IMG/VR virus record: IMGVR_UViG_2609459792_000007
DNA from: a virus
Lineage: Duplodnaviria > Heunggongvirae > Uroviricota > Caudoviricetes
Reading direction: 5' to 3' (one strand)
Length of the DNA: 64,000 bases
Shown here: in pieces, positions 10,638 through 19,450 of the stretch
Layout: the number at the start of each line of letters is the position of its first letter
How positions within the stretch are numbered: the first letter of the stretch is position 1
Position numbers and translations under genes: made by a program
The notes under the pieces: generated by a model
What the model saw: the letters and a program-made list of their open reading frames with translations, nothing else
Database searches by the model: none
What the model was told of the DNA's origin: nothing

Positions 10638-10868
10638 ATGAAAAGATTATTTCTAACAATAGCTGTTGTTCTCTCTCTTACTGGCTGTCAGAAATTGCCG
10701 ACACCCATATGTTATGGTGAGGCTATCATTGGTGGACAGGAGACAGTCATACCTATATATGCTGTTAAAAAGGTTAACGGCTATACCTTATACAAAGCGG
10801 GTAGCATCTATAACTGGCGATGGGTTGGAGTAGGTGCTTTCTCATCAGTGCGTTGCAATGCTGAATGA
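10638..10868 (+). CDS. small lipoprotein
   Basis: 76 aa; N-terminus MKRLFLTIAVVLSLTGCQ is a signal peptide with lipobox L-T-G-C. Confidence 0.55.
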   Translation: MKRLFLTIAVVLSLTGCQKLPTPICYGEAIIGGQETVIPIYAVKKVNGYTLYKAGSIYNWRWVGVGAFSSVRCNAE

Positions 10869-10937
10869 TAAGTAAGTACACACCTACAACAAAAGGGTGA
10901 AATGTGATATAAATCCGCCATCCCGATTTGACTTTTC

Positions 10938-11273
10938 ATGGAGGAAAACATGTCGAACGAGATGGCGGGCGTTACAACAGAGCAAGTTGAGCGTATTGCC
11001 GCGATCGTTGCTCGGGAGGTTGTTGGCAAATTAGGTAAAGAGCTACGTGAAGAAATTGGCCAGGAGGTCAATGATCAGCTGAAAACCTACTTTGGTGATA
11101 TGACCCCGGCGCAACATAGTATTCAACACTCCAATCTGGACAAACTCCTTAACCGGTTAGATTCCATCTCCAGTGGGTTCTTTGGCGGCATTGTTTCTAA
11201 AATAACGTCGTTCATTATTACCGCACTGCTTTTGGGGTTAGCCGCGTATGGCGTAAAAAATGGACTGCAATAA
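10938..11273 (+). CDS. hypothetical membrane protein (holin candidate by position)
   Basis: 111 aa with one C-terminal hydrophobic helix (ITSFIITALLLGLAAYGV); sits at the head of the putative lysis cassette. Confidence 0.4.
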   Translation: MEENMSNEMAGVTTEQVERIAAIVAREVVGKLGKELREEIGQEVNDQLKTYFGDMTPAQHSIQHSNLDKLLNRLDSISSGFFGGIVSKITSFIITALLLGLAAYGVKNGLQ

Positions 11274-11286
11274 CAGGAGATCAAGG

Positions 11287-11979
11287 ATGAAGACTCCGAG
11301 AGGCATTCGTAATAATAACCCCGGTAATCTTGATAAAGGATCACCGTGGCAAGGTCTGGTTGCGAATCCAGACGAACCGCGTTTTTGCACGTTTAAAGAC
11401 CCTGTTTGGGGGATTCGTGCGCTGGCGGTGACTCTAATTACCTACCACGACAAACGTCGCGCAAAAGACGGCTCAAGTATCGATACCATTCGTGAAGTTA
11501 TTGAACGTTGGGCACCGCCGAATGAAAACAACACTGACGCCTACATTAATGAGGTGTCTAAAGCCGTTGGTGTAACCGCAGACATGATCATCGATCTGCA
11601 TGATTACGACATCCTTCGACCTTTGGTTGAGGCAATCATTCGCCACGAGAATGGCCGGGGTCCGCTAAAAACGCTGAACACCTGGTATGCGGCAGAAGTT
11701 ATTGAGGAAGGTCTGCGTCGAGCTGGCGTTGTTAAGCCGGTGAAAACCGTGAAGGCTGTTCCTGTAACTAAAGAAACAGCAGGCGCAACTGTTACAGCAG
11801 GTATTGGTCTGGCGCAACTGGCCGATGTTATGCCGCAGGTTTCCGCTGCTATGGATAAGGCACAAGGCCATATCTCTAGCGGGGATACAGTACGCATCAT
11901 CTTCGGTATTGCCACTATTGTTGTGGCCGGATTCATTGCCTGGTCGCAGGTAAGAAAACACCAGAAAGGGATGGTCTAA
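11287..11979 (+). CDS. hypothetical protein, endolysin candidate by position only
   Basis: ORF-track start is 11260; ATG at 11287 (MKTPRGIRNNNPGN..) has an AGGAG RBS and avoids overlap. C-terminal hydrophobic helix. Lies between holin-like gene and Rz/Rz1-like pair; catalytic family not recognised. Confidence 0.4.
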   Translation: MKTPRGIRNNNPGNLDKGSPWQGLVANPDEPRFCTFKDPVWGIRALAVTLITYHDKRRAKDGSSIDTIREVIERWAPPNENNTDAYINEVSKAVGVTADMIIDLHDYDILRPLVEAIIRHENGRGPLKTLNTWYAAEVIEEGLRRAGVVKPVKTVKAVPVTKETAGATVTAGIGLAQLADVMPQVSAAMDKAQGHISSGDTVRIIFGIATIVVAGFIAWSQVRKHQKGMV

Positions 11980-11980
11980 T

Positions 11981-12232
11981 ATGCTAGGCAGCCTGATGAC
12001 AAAGCTAAAAGTTGCTTTGATTACGCTGGCTGCCGTTCTTTTCGTTCTGGTCGGCGCTTACACGATGGGCGGGAATGCAGCACGACGAGCAATGGAAGAG
12101 AAGGCAAAACAGGAAGACAGAAAACGACTTCAAAGCACAGTGGACGTCAAAAATGAAACACTTGATGAGTTACGGCGCAAGGATGCTTCTTCTGTTCATC
12201 ATGAGTTGCACAATAAGTGGTTGCGTGATTAA
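11981..12232 (+). CDS. Rz-like i-spanin (short)
   Basis: 83 aa; N-terminal TM helix (LKVALITLAAVLFVLVGAY) then charged helical region; overlaps an out-of-frame lipoprotein ORF. Confidence 0.45.
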   Translation: MLGSLMTKLKVALITLAAVLFVLVGAYTMGGNAARRAMEEKAKQEDRKRLQSTVDVKNETLDELRRKDASSVHHELHNKWLRD

Positions 12233-12383
12233 GCCTCAACCCGCTGGTGTGCTTTTCTGCGATGCGGCTACACCGCTATACATCAGCCGTGATGATCTCA
12301 TGACCGAAGAGACTGAAAGAGAGGTGCTTTTTCACAATATGATAGGGGAGCGATTGTGTGGATGGGGCAGAAAAGTACCATAA
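12153..12383 (+). CDS. Rz1-like o-spanin lipoprotein
   Basis: Internal Met of the 12075..12383 ORF gives MKHLMSYGARMLLLFIMSCTISGC (signal peptide plus lipobox I-S-G-C); starts inside and extends beyond the Rz-like gene in another frame. Confidence 0.5.
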   Translation: MKHLMSYGARMLLLFIMSCTISGCVIKPQPAGVLFCDAATPLYISRDDLMTEETEREVLFHNMIGERLCGWGRKVP

Positions 12384-12560
12384 CAGAAGAGGAGTTTTCT
12401 AACATAAAATTTGCATATTATTAGAGCACAAGGTAGATTTGGCACATGGATGTCAAGTAAATCATCCCTTGCATTAATGCTGCGACGCATACTCGTAGCC
12501 TCTAAACCCTGACAAGGGTCGCCGCTATGACATTAAGTTAATACCGGCTAAGGTGGACAC

Positions 12561-12944
12561 ATGCTGAACGAAAAACGTTCTATACAAACAATTCGCGATT
12601 GCACGAGTGTTATCGCAACTCATGTGCTGAATAAGCGCAAACTTGAGGTGCGTAAACTTAACAACGATGCGACTGCGCCAAAAGACACTCGCTTCATCGT
12701 AACTTTCAAAGACGATGTTGAGAATGCTGGTGCCAGTGTAAAACCGTTGGCTGAAGCGATTTTCCTGAACGATCGTGTTCGTTTCATTGTGAAGCCAGCA
12801 AAACAATACCCTGAATTAGCACGGTTTAGTGACCAATTCTCTGAAATTATTGAGAGTGCAATTCGCCGCTTTCTTAATACTCATGGTAGCATTGTCAGCA
12901 ATACAACTGCTGATGGTACTGCTCTAAGATGGCACCTACACTAG
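12561..12944 (+). CDS. hypothetical protein
   Basis: 127-aa ORF; no motif recognised. Confidence 0.45.
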   Translation: MLNEKRSIQTIRDCTSVIATHVLNKRKLEVRKLNNDATAPKDTRFIVTFKDDVENAGASVKPLAEAIFLNDRVRFIVKPAKQYPELARFSDQFSEIIESAIRRFLNTHGSIVSNTTADGTALRWHLH

Positions 12945-13681
12945 AACGCACATACTCTAAAAATCTTTATGAGTTTCCTCACCGTGGGGAAACTCGCGTT
13001 TCACGTTTTGGCTACCTCATCAACGAAGCATCGCTTTTCAAAATATCTGAAATAACCATTATCGAGCCTGATGATGATATCTGTCTGTATATCCTGATGG
13101 AGAAAGTTGGAGCACGAGATCAGGGTGAACTGATGGACTTCATTCTGGACAGAGGCGAAGATGGAATGTCTGATTCGGACATTATTCAAGCAATTCTGCG
13201 TTCCGACATGCTCGATCAGAGCAGAAACACGATAGCAGGCAGAATTGCATTGCGTGAATACACATTCATCGAGGATGGGGTAGAGATTGACTGCTATCAG
13301 ATTGCAGGTGTTGAAACAGAAAGAGCAATAAGGCAAAGGGGACTGTGCAACCTCACGTATCGCTTCCTCCTTCATTGGTACGAACATCTTGTCTGTGATT
13401 ACAATCAGACCATTCCTGGCGCAAAAATCTGGGCCGGTCCATTAATGCGAACAGGTGATGTAAGAATTTACAACGCAAAAACTGAGACGTTCGAGGATGT
13501 GTTAGGCGAATATGGGATGGGAAAAGAAACCGGCTTTTTGCCGTGGAACAGAGGATTGTTACTTGATCCAGAATTAAGCTCTTGGTTTCCAAATAAGGTG
13601 CAAGTTAACGTTGAGAAATTTATCGTACTTATCATCTCCCGCAAAACAAGAACCCCAGTTGGTTTATATCTAAAAGATTAA
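12929..13681 (+). CDS. hypothetical protein
   Basis: 250-aa ORF; no motif recognised. Confidence 0.5.
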   Translation: MAPTLERTYSKNLYEFPHRGETRVSRFGYLINEASLFKISEITIIEPDDDICLYILMEKVGARDQGELMDFILDRGEDGMSDSDIIQAILRSDMLDQSRNTIAGRIALREYTFIEDGVEIDCYQIAGVETERAIRQRGLCNLTYRFLLHWYEHLVCDYNQTIPGAKIWAGPLMRTGDVRIYNAKTETFEDVLGEYGMGKETGFLPWNRGLLLDPELSSWFPNKVQVNVEKFIVLIISRKTRTPVGLYLKD

Positions 13682-13686
13682 CAATT

Positions 13687-13710
13687 AGGCGACTTCTGTC
13701 GCCTTTTTTG
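13687..13710 (+). terminator. rho-independent terminator
   Basis: AGGCGAC-TTCT-GTCGCCT followed by TTTTTTG. Confidence 0.75.
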
Positions 13711-13857
13711 TTAACAGCCATTGATTCTCGCCTAAAAATTCTAAGGCAGCACCTACCATTTAACCTTTACACAGCAGCCGTAGGCATTTAGGCTATATCA
13801 CATATAAGAAAACAAGTTGTTTCAGACAATAATAATAGACGCAAAGGGAACTCTCCA

Positions 13858-14526
13858 ATGACCAAGATCTTTGTGGTTGGCGGCACAAAGGGCGGGCCTG
13901 GCAAATCCACCGTTGCCCAGCAAATTGCCGTTTGCCTGAAAGTCAAAAAGAAGAAGAAGGTTTATATCACTGATATAGATATTCAGCGCACGACAACAAG
14001 CTGGTGTGAAGACCGTCGACAGAACGAAGACCTTGAGCTGATTCCTTTTGCATACGTTCAGGATGACATCATTAAGCACCTAAAATCGCTTCAGGGTAGA
14101 GCTGAGTTTGTAGTGGTAGATGCTGGTGGCTTTGACTCCGAAATTCAGCGACAAGCGATGCTGATGGCCGACGTTATCATTATCCCGCTTCGTCCTAAGC
14201 GTCGTGATTTGAAATCTCTGCGTGACATCGATCCTATTATCGACAATGTTCGTAATGTAAACGATAAAGTGAAGGTCCGCGCGGTCATGAACCAGTGCCC
14301 GGCTTTGCCATCACAAGTGTCTCGCATTCTGGCGGCTAAAGAGATTGTCGAGACGTTTGGCATCGAGTCTGCGCCAGTCAATCTATATAACCGCAACGTC
14401 TACGATGATGCGGAAGAGTCAGGTCGTTCTATCTTTGAAATGACCGGTAGCGAGCGCGACAAAAAGGCGGAAGCCGAGTTTGAAGAATTTGTAGATTATC
14501 TGTTGAGTCTGGAGGAAGAAGAATAA
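13858..14526 (+). CDS. parA: ParA-family partition ATPase (small, type Ib-like)
   Basis: 222 aa; deviant Walker A VVGGTKGGPGKST at the N-terminus, no N-terminal HTH extension; followed by a small basic protein gene. Confidence 0.8.
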   Translation: MTKIFVVGGTKGGPGKSTVAQQIAVCLKVKKKKKVYITDIDIQRTTTSWCEDRRQNEDLELIPFAYVQDDIIKHLKSLQGRAEFVVVDAGGFDSEIQRQAMLMADVIIIPLRPKRRDLKSLRDIDPIIDNVRNVNDKVKVRAVMNQCPALPSQVSRILAAKEIVETFGIESAPVNLYNRNVYDDAEESGRSIFEMTGSERDKKAEAEFEEFVDYLLSLEEEE

Positions 14527-14885
14527 TGTCCATGAAAATGGGTGACCTAGCAAAGCGCAAAGAGCCTGATGCACCGGCTAAGAACACAACTCCTTTGCGC
14601 CAACCAGTCAGACCACAAGGACGCCCGACTCGTGGCAAAGAGAAAATTAAAAGCCGCACTATGTCACTGGAAGACGAATACTTCGAGCTTCTGGAAATGA
14701 TGAAGTTTATCCCTCGTTTCGAGAAGTTCACCCGCTCTGATGTGATTCGTGCTGCTATTTTCCATCTGGCAGAGAAGTCACCGCAGGAAATCGAGGACAT
14801 CGTGAAACTTAACGAGGCGATCACCGCTGCCGATGTCACGATGCGTACCGATGAAATCAAACGAGAGTTGATGAAGAAAGGTTAA
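14526..14885 (+). CDS. small ParB/ParG-like centromere-binding protein (putative)
   Basis: 119 aa; basic N-terminal tail and a ribbon-helix-helix-like segment; start overlaps parA stop (ATGA-type coupling). Confidence 0.5.
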   Translation: MSMKMGDLAKRKEPDAPAKNTTPLRQPVRPQGRPTRGKEKIKSRTMSLEDEYFELLEMMKFIPRFEKFTRSDVIRAAIFHLAEKSPQEIEDIVKLNEAITAADVTMRTDEIKRELMKKG

Positions 14886-14890
14886 AAATC

Positions 14891-14921
14891 ATGCATTGGC
14901 GCGTACATTGCGCCAATGCAT
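14891..14921 (-). terminator. terminator hairpin for the minus-strand GIY-YIG gene
   Basis: 12-bp stem (ATGCATTGGCGC / GCGCCAATGCAT) with 7-nt loop; the A-run upstream on + gives a U-tract for the minus-strand transcript. Confidence 0.5.
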
Positions 14922-14937
14922 AACTACAGTGTCAGCT

Positions 14938-15705
14938 TTATGCCGCGCTAACACTATGTTCAGTCCTAACCACCCCAACCTTCACAAAAGGGCTACCGTA
15001 GCTTGGTGGCTTCTTGATTAATTTGCCTACATACAGTTTTCTAATATGCTCATCGGCTATTCTGCCAACAAATTCATATCGTTTTGTGTCGGGGCCAAGA
15101 GCTATATCCCTTGTAAAGTACTGCTGAGAACCGGCTTTGACCCAGCATTCAATCTGATAAACTTCCATTATTAGCCCACCATATGTAGCGTAGGCATATT
15201 TGAGATTCTCGTCTCTTGGAACCTTTGCCCATACGCCACGCGTAGCTTCATATAATGCCAGAGCGGACATTCCTGATTTGTAGGTGCTGTTTAGCAGGAA
15301 GGCAAGACCGGCGTGCTCAGGAGCAATTTCAGTTTCCTCTTGCAGCACTAAGTGATGGTAGGCGTCCAGTGATATTCTGCCCATCATGGAACCACTTCCT
15401 CGAACCTTATTCGTAAGCTCTCCGACCCCCATAAGGTCGATGCATGTCGCCTCAACAAGTTTGGCTGTGGTTTCATCCATACCATGACGAAGAATATCTA
15501 TGCCTAATTTTTTATTAGCCAAAAGTTCTTTGATCCGCATGGATTTGGGAGAGTCATCGGGATACTTGATGTGATCGAGACAACGAGTCGATTTGCCTTT
15601 TCCTATGTAAAACGGTCTTTTCATCTTGTCTTCTGTATCATAGAGACAGTAAACATAGTATTTAGCCTTATCCAAGGATCTCGCGTATACCGATAAATCG
15701 TCCAT
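14938..15705 (-). CDS. GIY-YIG domain endonuclease with uncharacterised C-terminal domain
   Basis: 255 aa; N-terminus YYVYCLYD..PFYIGKGKSTRCLDH fits the GIY-YIG motif; one of only three minus-strand genes in the window. Confidence 0.7.
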   Translation of the reverse strand: MDDLSVYARSLDKAKYYVYCLYDTEDKMKRPFYIGKGKSTRCLDHIKYPDDSPKSMRIKELLANKKLGIDILRHGMDETTAKLVEATCIDLMGVGELTNKVRGSGSMMGRISLDAYHHLVLQEETEIAPEHAGLAFLLNSTYKSGMSALALYEATRGVWAKVPRDENLKYAYATYGGLIMEVYQIECWVKAGSQQYFTRDIALGPDTKRYEFVGRIADEHIRKLYVGKLIKKPPSYGSPFVKVGVVRTEHSVSAA

Positions 15706-15816
15706 TATTGCATCTCTTAGCTACTGACTAATGCGTTCTATTTTACACATAAGTTTTTAATCAATTTAACAGGCTCAAAGTGTAGAGCTTCTGGGCGTCT
15801 AAGACGACAAGTTATG

Positions 15817-15871
15817 CCTGCTTCTGTATATATAAATAATAAGTAACTTATTAAATATATACGGAAGCAGG
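15817..15871. repeat. long AT-looped hairpin element, copy A
   Basis: CCTGCTTCTGTATATAT..ATATATACGGAAGCAGG, 17-bp arms with one G-T pair; near-identical copy at 62065-62123; followed by T-rich tract. Confidence 0.7.
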
Positions 15872-15978
15872 TCTTTTAAAAGACACCACCAGAACAACTC
15901 CCTTCCGTTTCCACTTCCAAAAACTGCCACCAGTCGCTATCATCCGCTCATTGTGATAAGTAAGTAACTACCTACCAG

Positions 15979-16728
15979 GTGAGCCACATGAGCCAAATCT
16001 TTTTCGATACCATCGACAACGACCAGTACGACTTCATGACAGAGTGGAATACCGCTGTTATGGACAAGTGGGTCGCTGAAAACATTGGTTTGTCGCGCTG
16101 TAAAGACGAGGCTGAACTCTTCGAGACGAAGTGGTTTGATTACCGCGACATGCATCCTCTCATGGCCACCTGTCTTTTTACGGAGGCATACAAACGTCAG
16201 TACTCAAATATCATGCTGACGCACGGTCGCGAACACTTTGAAACAGCTCCGTTCACCACCGGGTTAAAACGCCTGCCTTATCAGGAGTTGTCGACTGCCA
16301 ATAAAACGTCGCTATGGAAAGCACGCCAGTTTGCGGATCGCTATTGCTGCTCATACGACTATTTTATCTCCACCGTTCTTTCCGCAGCTGCACGACGGCT
16401 GTGGGACAAGCTGCCGCGCCCACAGCATTTATGGCAGCCAGAGCTGGTTGAGATATTCGAAGAGAAATTAGCCAGACGCGCAACAACCCGTCTGGATGAC
16501 TCTCTGGTTAGTTTTAAGCATATGGGAGACATGCAGTTCAACCCGATTCAGGAAAGCTATTTTGAGTGGATTCTGGAGCGTTTACGCGCCATCCCCCGCA
16601 GCAAGCGCATACGCGCAATTTTCTCCGCTATCTGGCTAATGGAAATCGTTCCAGAGCGCCTTATTTCCGCCCACTTTCCAGAAGAACTGGAAGAAGCACG
16701 GCGGTTTATTGATCCCCTATCTAATTAA
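15979..16728 (+). CDS. hypothetical protein (first gene of the replication block)
   Basis: 249-aa ORF; no motif recognised. Confidence 0.5.
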   Translation: MSHMSQIFFDTIDNDQYDFMTEWNTAVMDKWVAENIGLSRCKDEAELFETKWFDYRDMHPLMATCLFTEAYKRQYSNIMLTHGREHFETAPFTTGLKRLPYQELSTANKTSLWKARQFADRYCCSYDYFISTVLSAAARRLWDKLPRPQHLWQPELVEIFEEKLARRATTRLDDSLVSFKHMGDMQFNPIQESYFEWILERLRAIPRSKRIRAIFSAIWLMEIVPERLISAHFPEELEEARRFIDPLSN

Positions 16729-16771
16729 CTAATACTAGAAAACAATTTGTTTAAAAAACAAAGGAAAGCAC

Positions 16772-18112
16772 ATGACCGAACTTTGCCATACAGGACGCGG
16801 GCTGTCCGAAGAGTTTGATGAAGATTTCCAGAACAGACTGACGGCATATTTTTGTCGTGATCACGAGTTTCTTACTCGTGCGGGAGATCTGGTTGTGCCT
16901 AGCCAATTTGCCAATGCGGCCAATGCCATATTGGTTAATATGGTTTCGGGCTATTACCGTATGTACAAGAGCGCGCCCTCTTCATCTGCAATTCTGGATA
17001 TGCTTAAGCGTGCGAAACGCGATAAGACTATCCGTGAGGAACTATTCGCCGATGTTGTTGCTGCGTTTAAGCGCATCCTTGCAGAAAAATTGTCCGATAC
17101 CTCGTACATGGTTGACCAGGTATCAACCTTCGCAAAAAGCGTAGCGTTTGATGATGCTCTGATTAAGGCTGCTGAACTGAAAGAGAAAGGCGACTTTCAG
17201 GGGGCGATGGCAATCATGGCCAAGGTTCAGCAGATTGGATCGAACGAAGCGACCGGAATCTATGACTACTACACCTCCGCAAGTGAGCGATTGAAAGCGC
17301 GTGAATATGAGGCTTCAGAGGAGTATGTGCCAAACAGCATTACAACTGGACTCCCTCTGCTCGATAGGTTGCTGTACCAAAAAGGCTGGGCGAAGCGTGA
17401 AATGGTGCTCTTCATGGGGTTCGCTAAATCCGGTAAATCGACCGCAATGGGTGAGTTTTCCATAAACGCAACGCTTGCTGGCTACAATGTTCTGTATCTC
17501 TCGCTGGAGGTTCACACCAACATTTTGTCCGACCGTTTTGATGCAAGATTGTCGGAGACGGAAATGTCCAAGTTGGTGGAACGGCGCGATGAAGTTCATC
17601 GTAAGTTGGCAGAGTTGGGAGCCTCTAAGGGGATTGGTAGTTTGTGGGTTGTTGAGCGTCCGTCAGGAAGTATGTCACCGGCAGATCTGGACCGTATGCT
17701 TAACAGCATGAAAGCCAACGGCATGGTGCCTGACATGGTTGTTGTCGACTACGCAGATTTGATGCGTGCCAGTTATGACCTTCGTGATGATCGCGCCAAC
17801 ATTCGTAGTATCTACACCGATTTACGTGCTCTTTATGACAAGCATAACGTTGCTGGTATCACGGCGTCGCAAACAAACCGTGAAGGTGGCGCGTCAGAAG
17901 TTGCCACAATGATGCACGCTGCCGACAACATCGAAAAAGTACGTATTGCTGACCTGGTAATAACGATCAACAAAACCGAAGAAGAAGAAGCGAAAGGAGA
18001 GGCTCGTCTCTACTTTGCTGGTTCGCGTAACCAGCAGGGAGGGATCAGCATTCGCGTTAAACAAAACCTCGAACAAATGCGCTTCATTGAGCGGATCTTA
18101 GACGTTACCTAA
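16772..18112 (+). CDS. DnaB-like replicative helicase
   Basis: 446 aa; C-terminal RecA-fold with Walker A GFAKSGKST and Walker B-like VVVDYADLM; conserved start context AAAGGAAAGCACATG. Confidence 0.7.
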   Translation: MTELCHTGRGLSEEFDEDFQNRLTAYFCRDHEFLTRAGDLVVPSQFANAANAILVNMVSGYYRMYKSAPSSSAILDMLKRAKRDKTIREELFADVVAAFKRILAEKLSDTSYMVDQVSTFAKSVAFDDALIKAAELKEKGDFQGAMAIMAKVQQIGSNEATGIYDYYTSASERLKAREYEASEEYVPNSITTGLPLLDRLLYQKGWAKREMVLFMGFAKSGKSTAMGEFSINATLAGYNVLYLSLEVHTNILSDRFDARLSETEMSKLVERRDEVHRKLAELGASKGIGSLWVVERPSGSMSPADLDRMLNSMKANGMVPDMVVVDYADLMRASYDLRDDRANIRSIYTDLRALYDKHNVAGITASQTNREGGASEVATMMHAADNIEKVRIADLVITINKTEEEEAKGEARLYFAGSRNQQGGISIRVKQNLEQMRFIERILDVT

Positions 18113-18193
18113 AAAATAAGCGTGGAGAACACCTCCACGCTTGATTCATTGGTGAAACAACTTTTCTTTTGCCAAACCACAAAAGAAAAACAC

Positions 18194-19375
18194 ATGAGCC
18201 TTTATGTTATATCAACATTTAGGTTGGTCACAATATTGCCTGTTAAAAGTGGAATTATCGTGAGCGAGCTGAAAGAGCTAATTACCGAATTAGATTTTGA
18301 ACAATGGTTGGACACTGAAGGTATCGTTTATCGACGTGGAGGCGTGAGTGCTCGCGGTCGTGAAGTGAATATCAAGGAGTGTCCGGTATGCGGCAGCTCC
18401 AACTGGAAGGTATATTTCAATCTGACCAGTGGCGTCGGCAAATGCTTTGCTGGTGATCATCCCGAAGAGATTCAGTTCAATAAGCTGGTCTTCCTCAAGC
18501 ACTACAGCGGTAAATCACGACGACAGTTCGAGGAATATGTGCAGAACGCTCTTCTTTCCCAGGGGTGGGCACCAAAGAAAGAAGAGCTAGTGCTTGCAAG
18601 CACAGTCGAGTTAGAGGGGCCAGTTGCACTCCCTCGTCATTACGAGCTTCCTATAGATGGCCGTCTTCCAGACTATCTGGTTGAACGAAACATATCACCT
18701 GAAATGGCAAAGTATTTTGACCTACGATACTGCGTCGAAGGCAAGCACGCTTATGTAGATCCGTATACAGATCAGGTAAAAGGGCAGATATTCGATATGC
18801 GAGTACTGATACCGGTTTACGATCTGGATGGGGTAATGAAGACATTTCAGGGACGAGACATTACCGGTACAGCAGAACGCCGCTACCTCTTTCCTATGCA
18901 GCTTCCAGCTTCAGGTAAATTTCTCTACAACGGCCATAATGCAGTCGGCAAACAGACTGTAGTTGTCTGTGAGGGTGCGTTCGATGTTATGGGGGTCAAA
19001 CGAGCTATTTTCGACGAAGAAACATTACGTGATTACGTGGAGCCAATAGGAACGTTCGGGATGCATCTATCTGGTAACACCACTCAGGATGCAGAAGATC
19101 AGTTAGGCGCGTTCCTGACGCTCAAGGCGCGTGGGTTACGTAATGTGATCATGATGTGGGATAGTGAAAAGCAAGCTATACGCAACACTATGGCCGCAGC
19201 CAGGCGACTGACCAGTATCGGTCTTAATGTCAAAGTTGCGTGTTTGGGTGAGGAAGGACTCGACCCGGGCGGTGCAACGCCAGAACAAATTATCAAAGCC
19301 TATTATCGGGCAAAACCGTATACCAAACAGTTGGAGTTGCAAAGCAAGGTTTTGGGCATTAAGGCGCTATCGTAA
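18194..19375 (+). CDS. DNA primase (zinc-binding, TOPRIM)
   Basis: Start moved from ORF-track 18122 to the ATG at 18194 preceded by AAAAGAAAAACACATG; CPVCGSS..C..H zinc-binding segment; TOPRIM-like VVCEGAFDVMG and MMWDSE. Confidence 0.6.
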   Translation: MSLYVISTFRLVTILPVKSGIIVSELKELITELDFEQWLDTEGIVYRRGGVSARGREVNIKECPVCGSSNWKVYFNLTSGVGKCFAGDHPEEIQFNKLVFLKHYSGKSRRQFEEYVQNALLSQGWAPKKEELVLASTVELEGPVALPRHYELPIDGRLPDYLVERNISPEMAKYFDLRYCVEGKHAYVDPYTDQVKGQIFDMRVLIPVYDLDGVMKTFQGRDITGTAERRYLFPMQLPASGKFLYNGHNAVGKQTVVVCEGAFDVMGVKRAIFDEETLRDYVEPIGTFGMHLSGNTTQDAEDQLGAFLTLKARGLRNVIMMWDSEKQAIRNTMAAARRLTSIGLNVKVACLGEEGLDPGGATPEQIIKAYYRAKPYTKQLELQSKVLGIKALS

Positions 19376-19450
19376 CAAGTGCCGCTAAAATAAGTAGATG
19401 ATTACTTATCTTTCTGTAAGAATACTTTCATCTGTTAGCTAGGAGTTGGT

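Noticed and set aside
13690-13857. Centromere-like repeats (parS/parC) upstream of parA
   Set aside because: No clear direct or inverted repeat array could be seen by eye; the centromere may lie elsewhere or need computational repeat detection.
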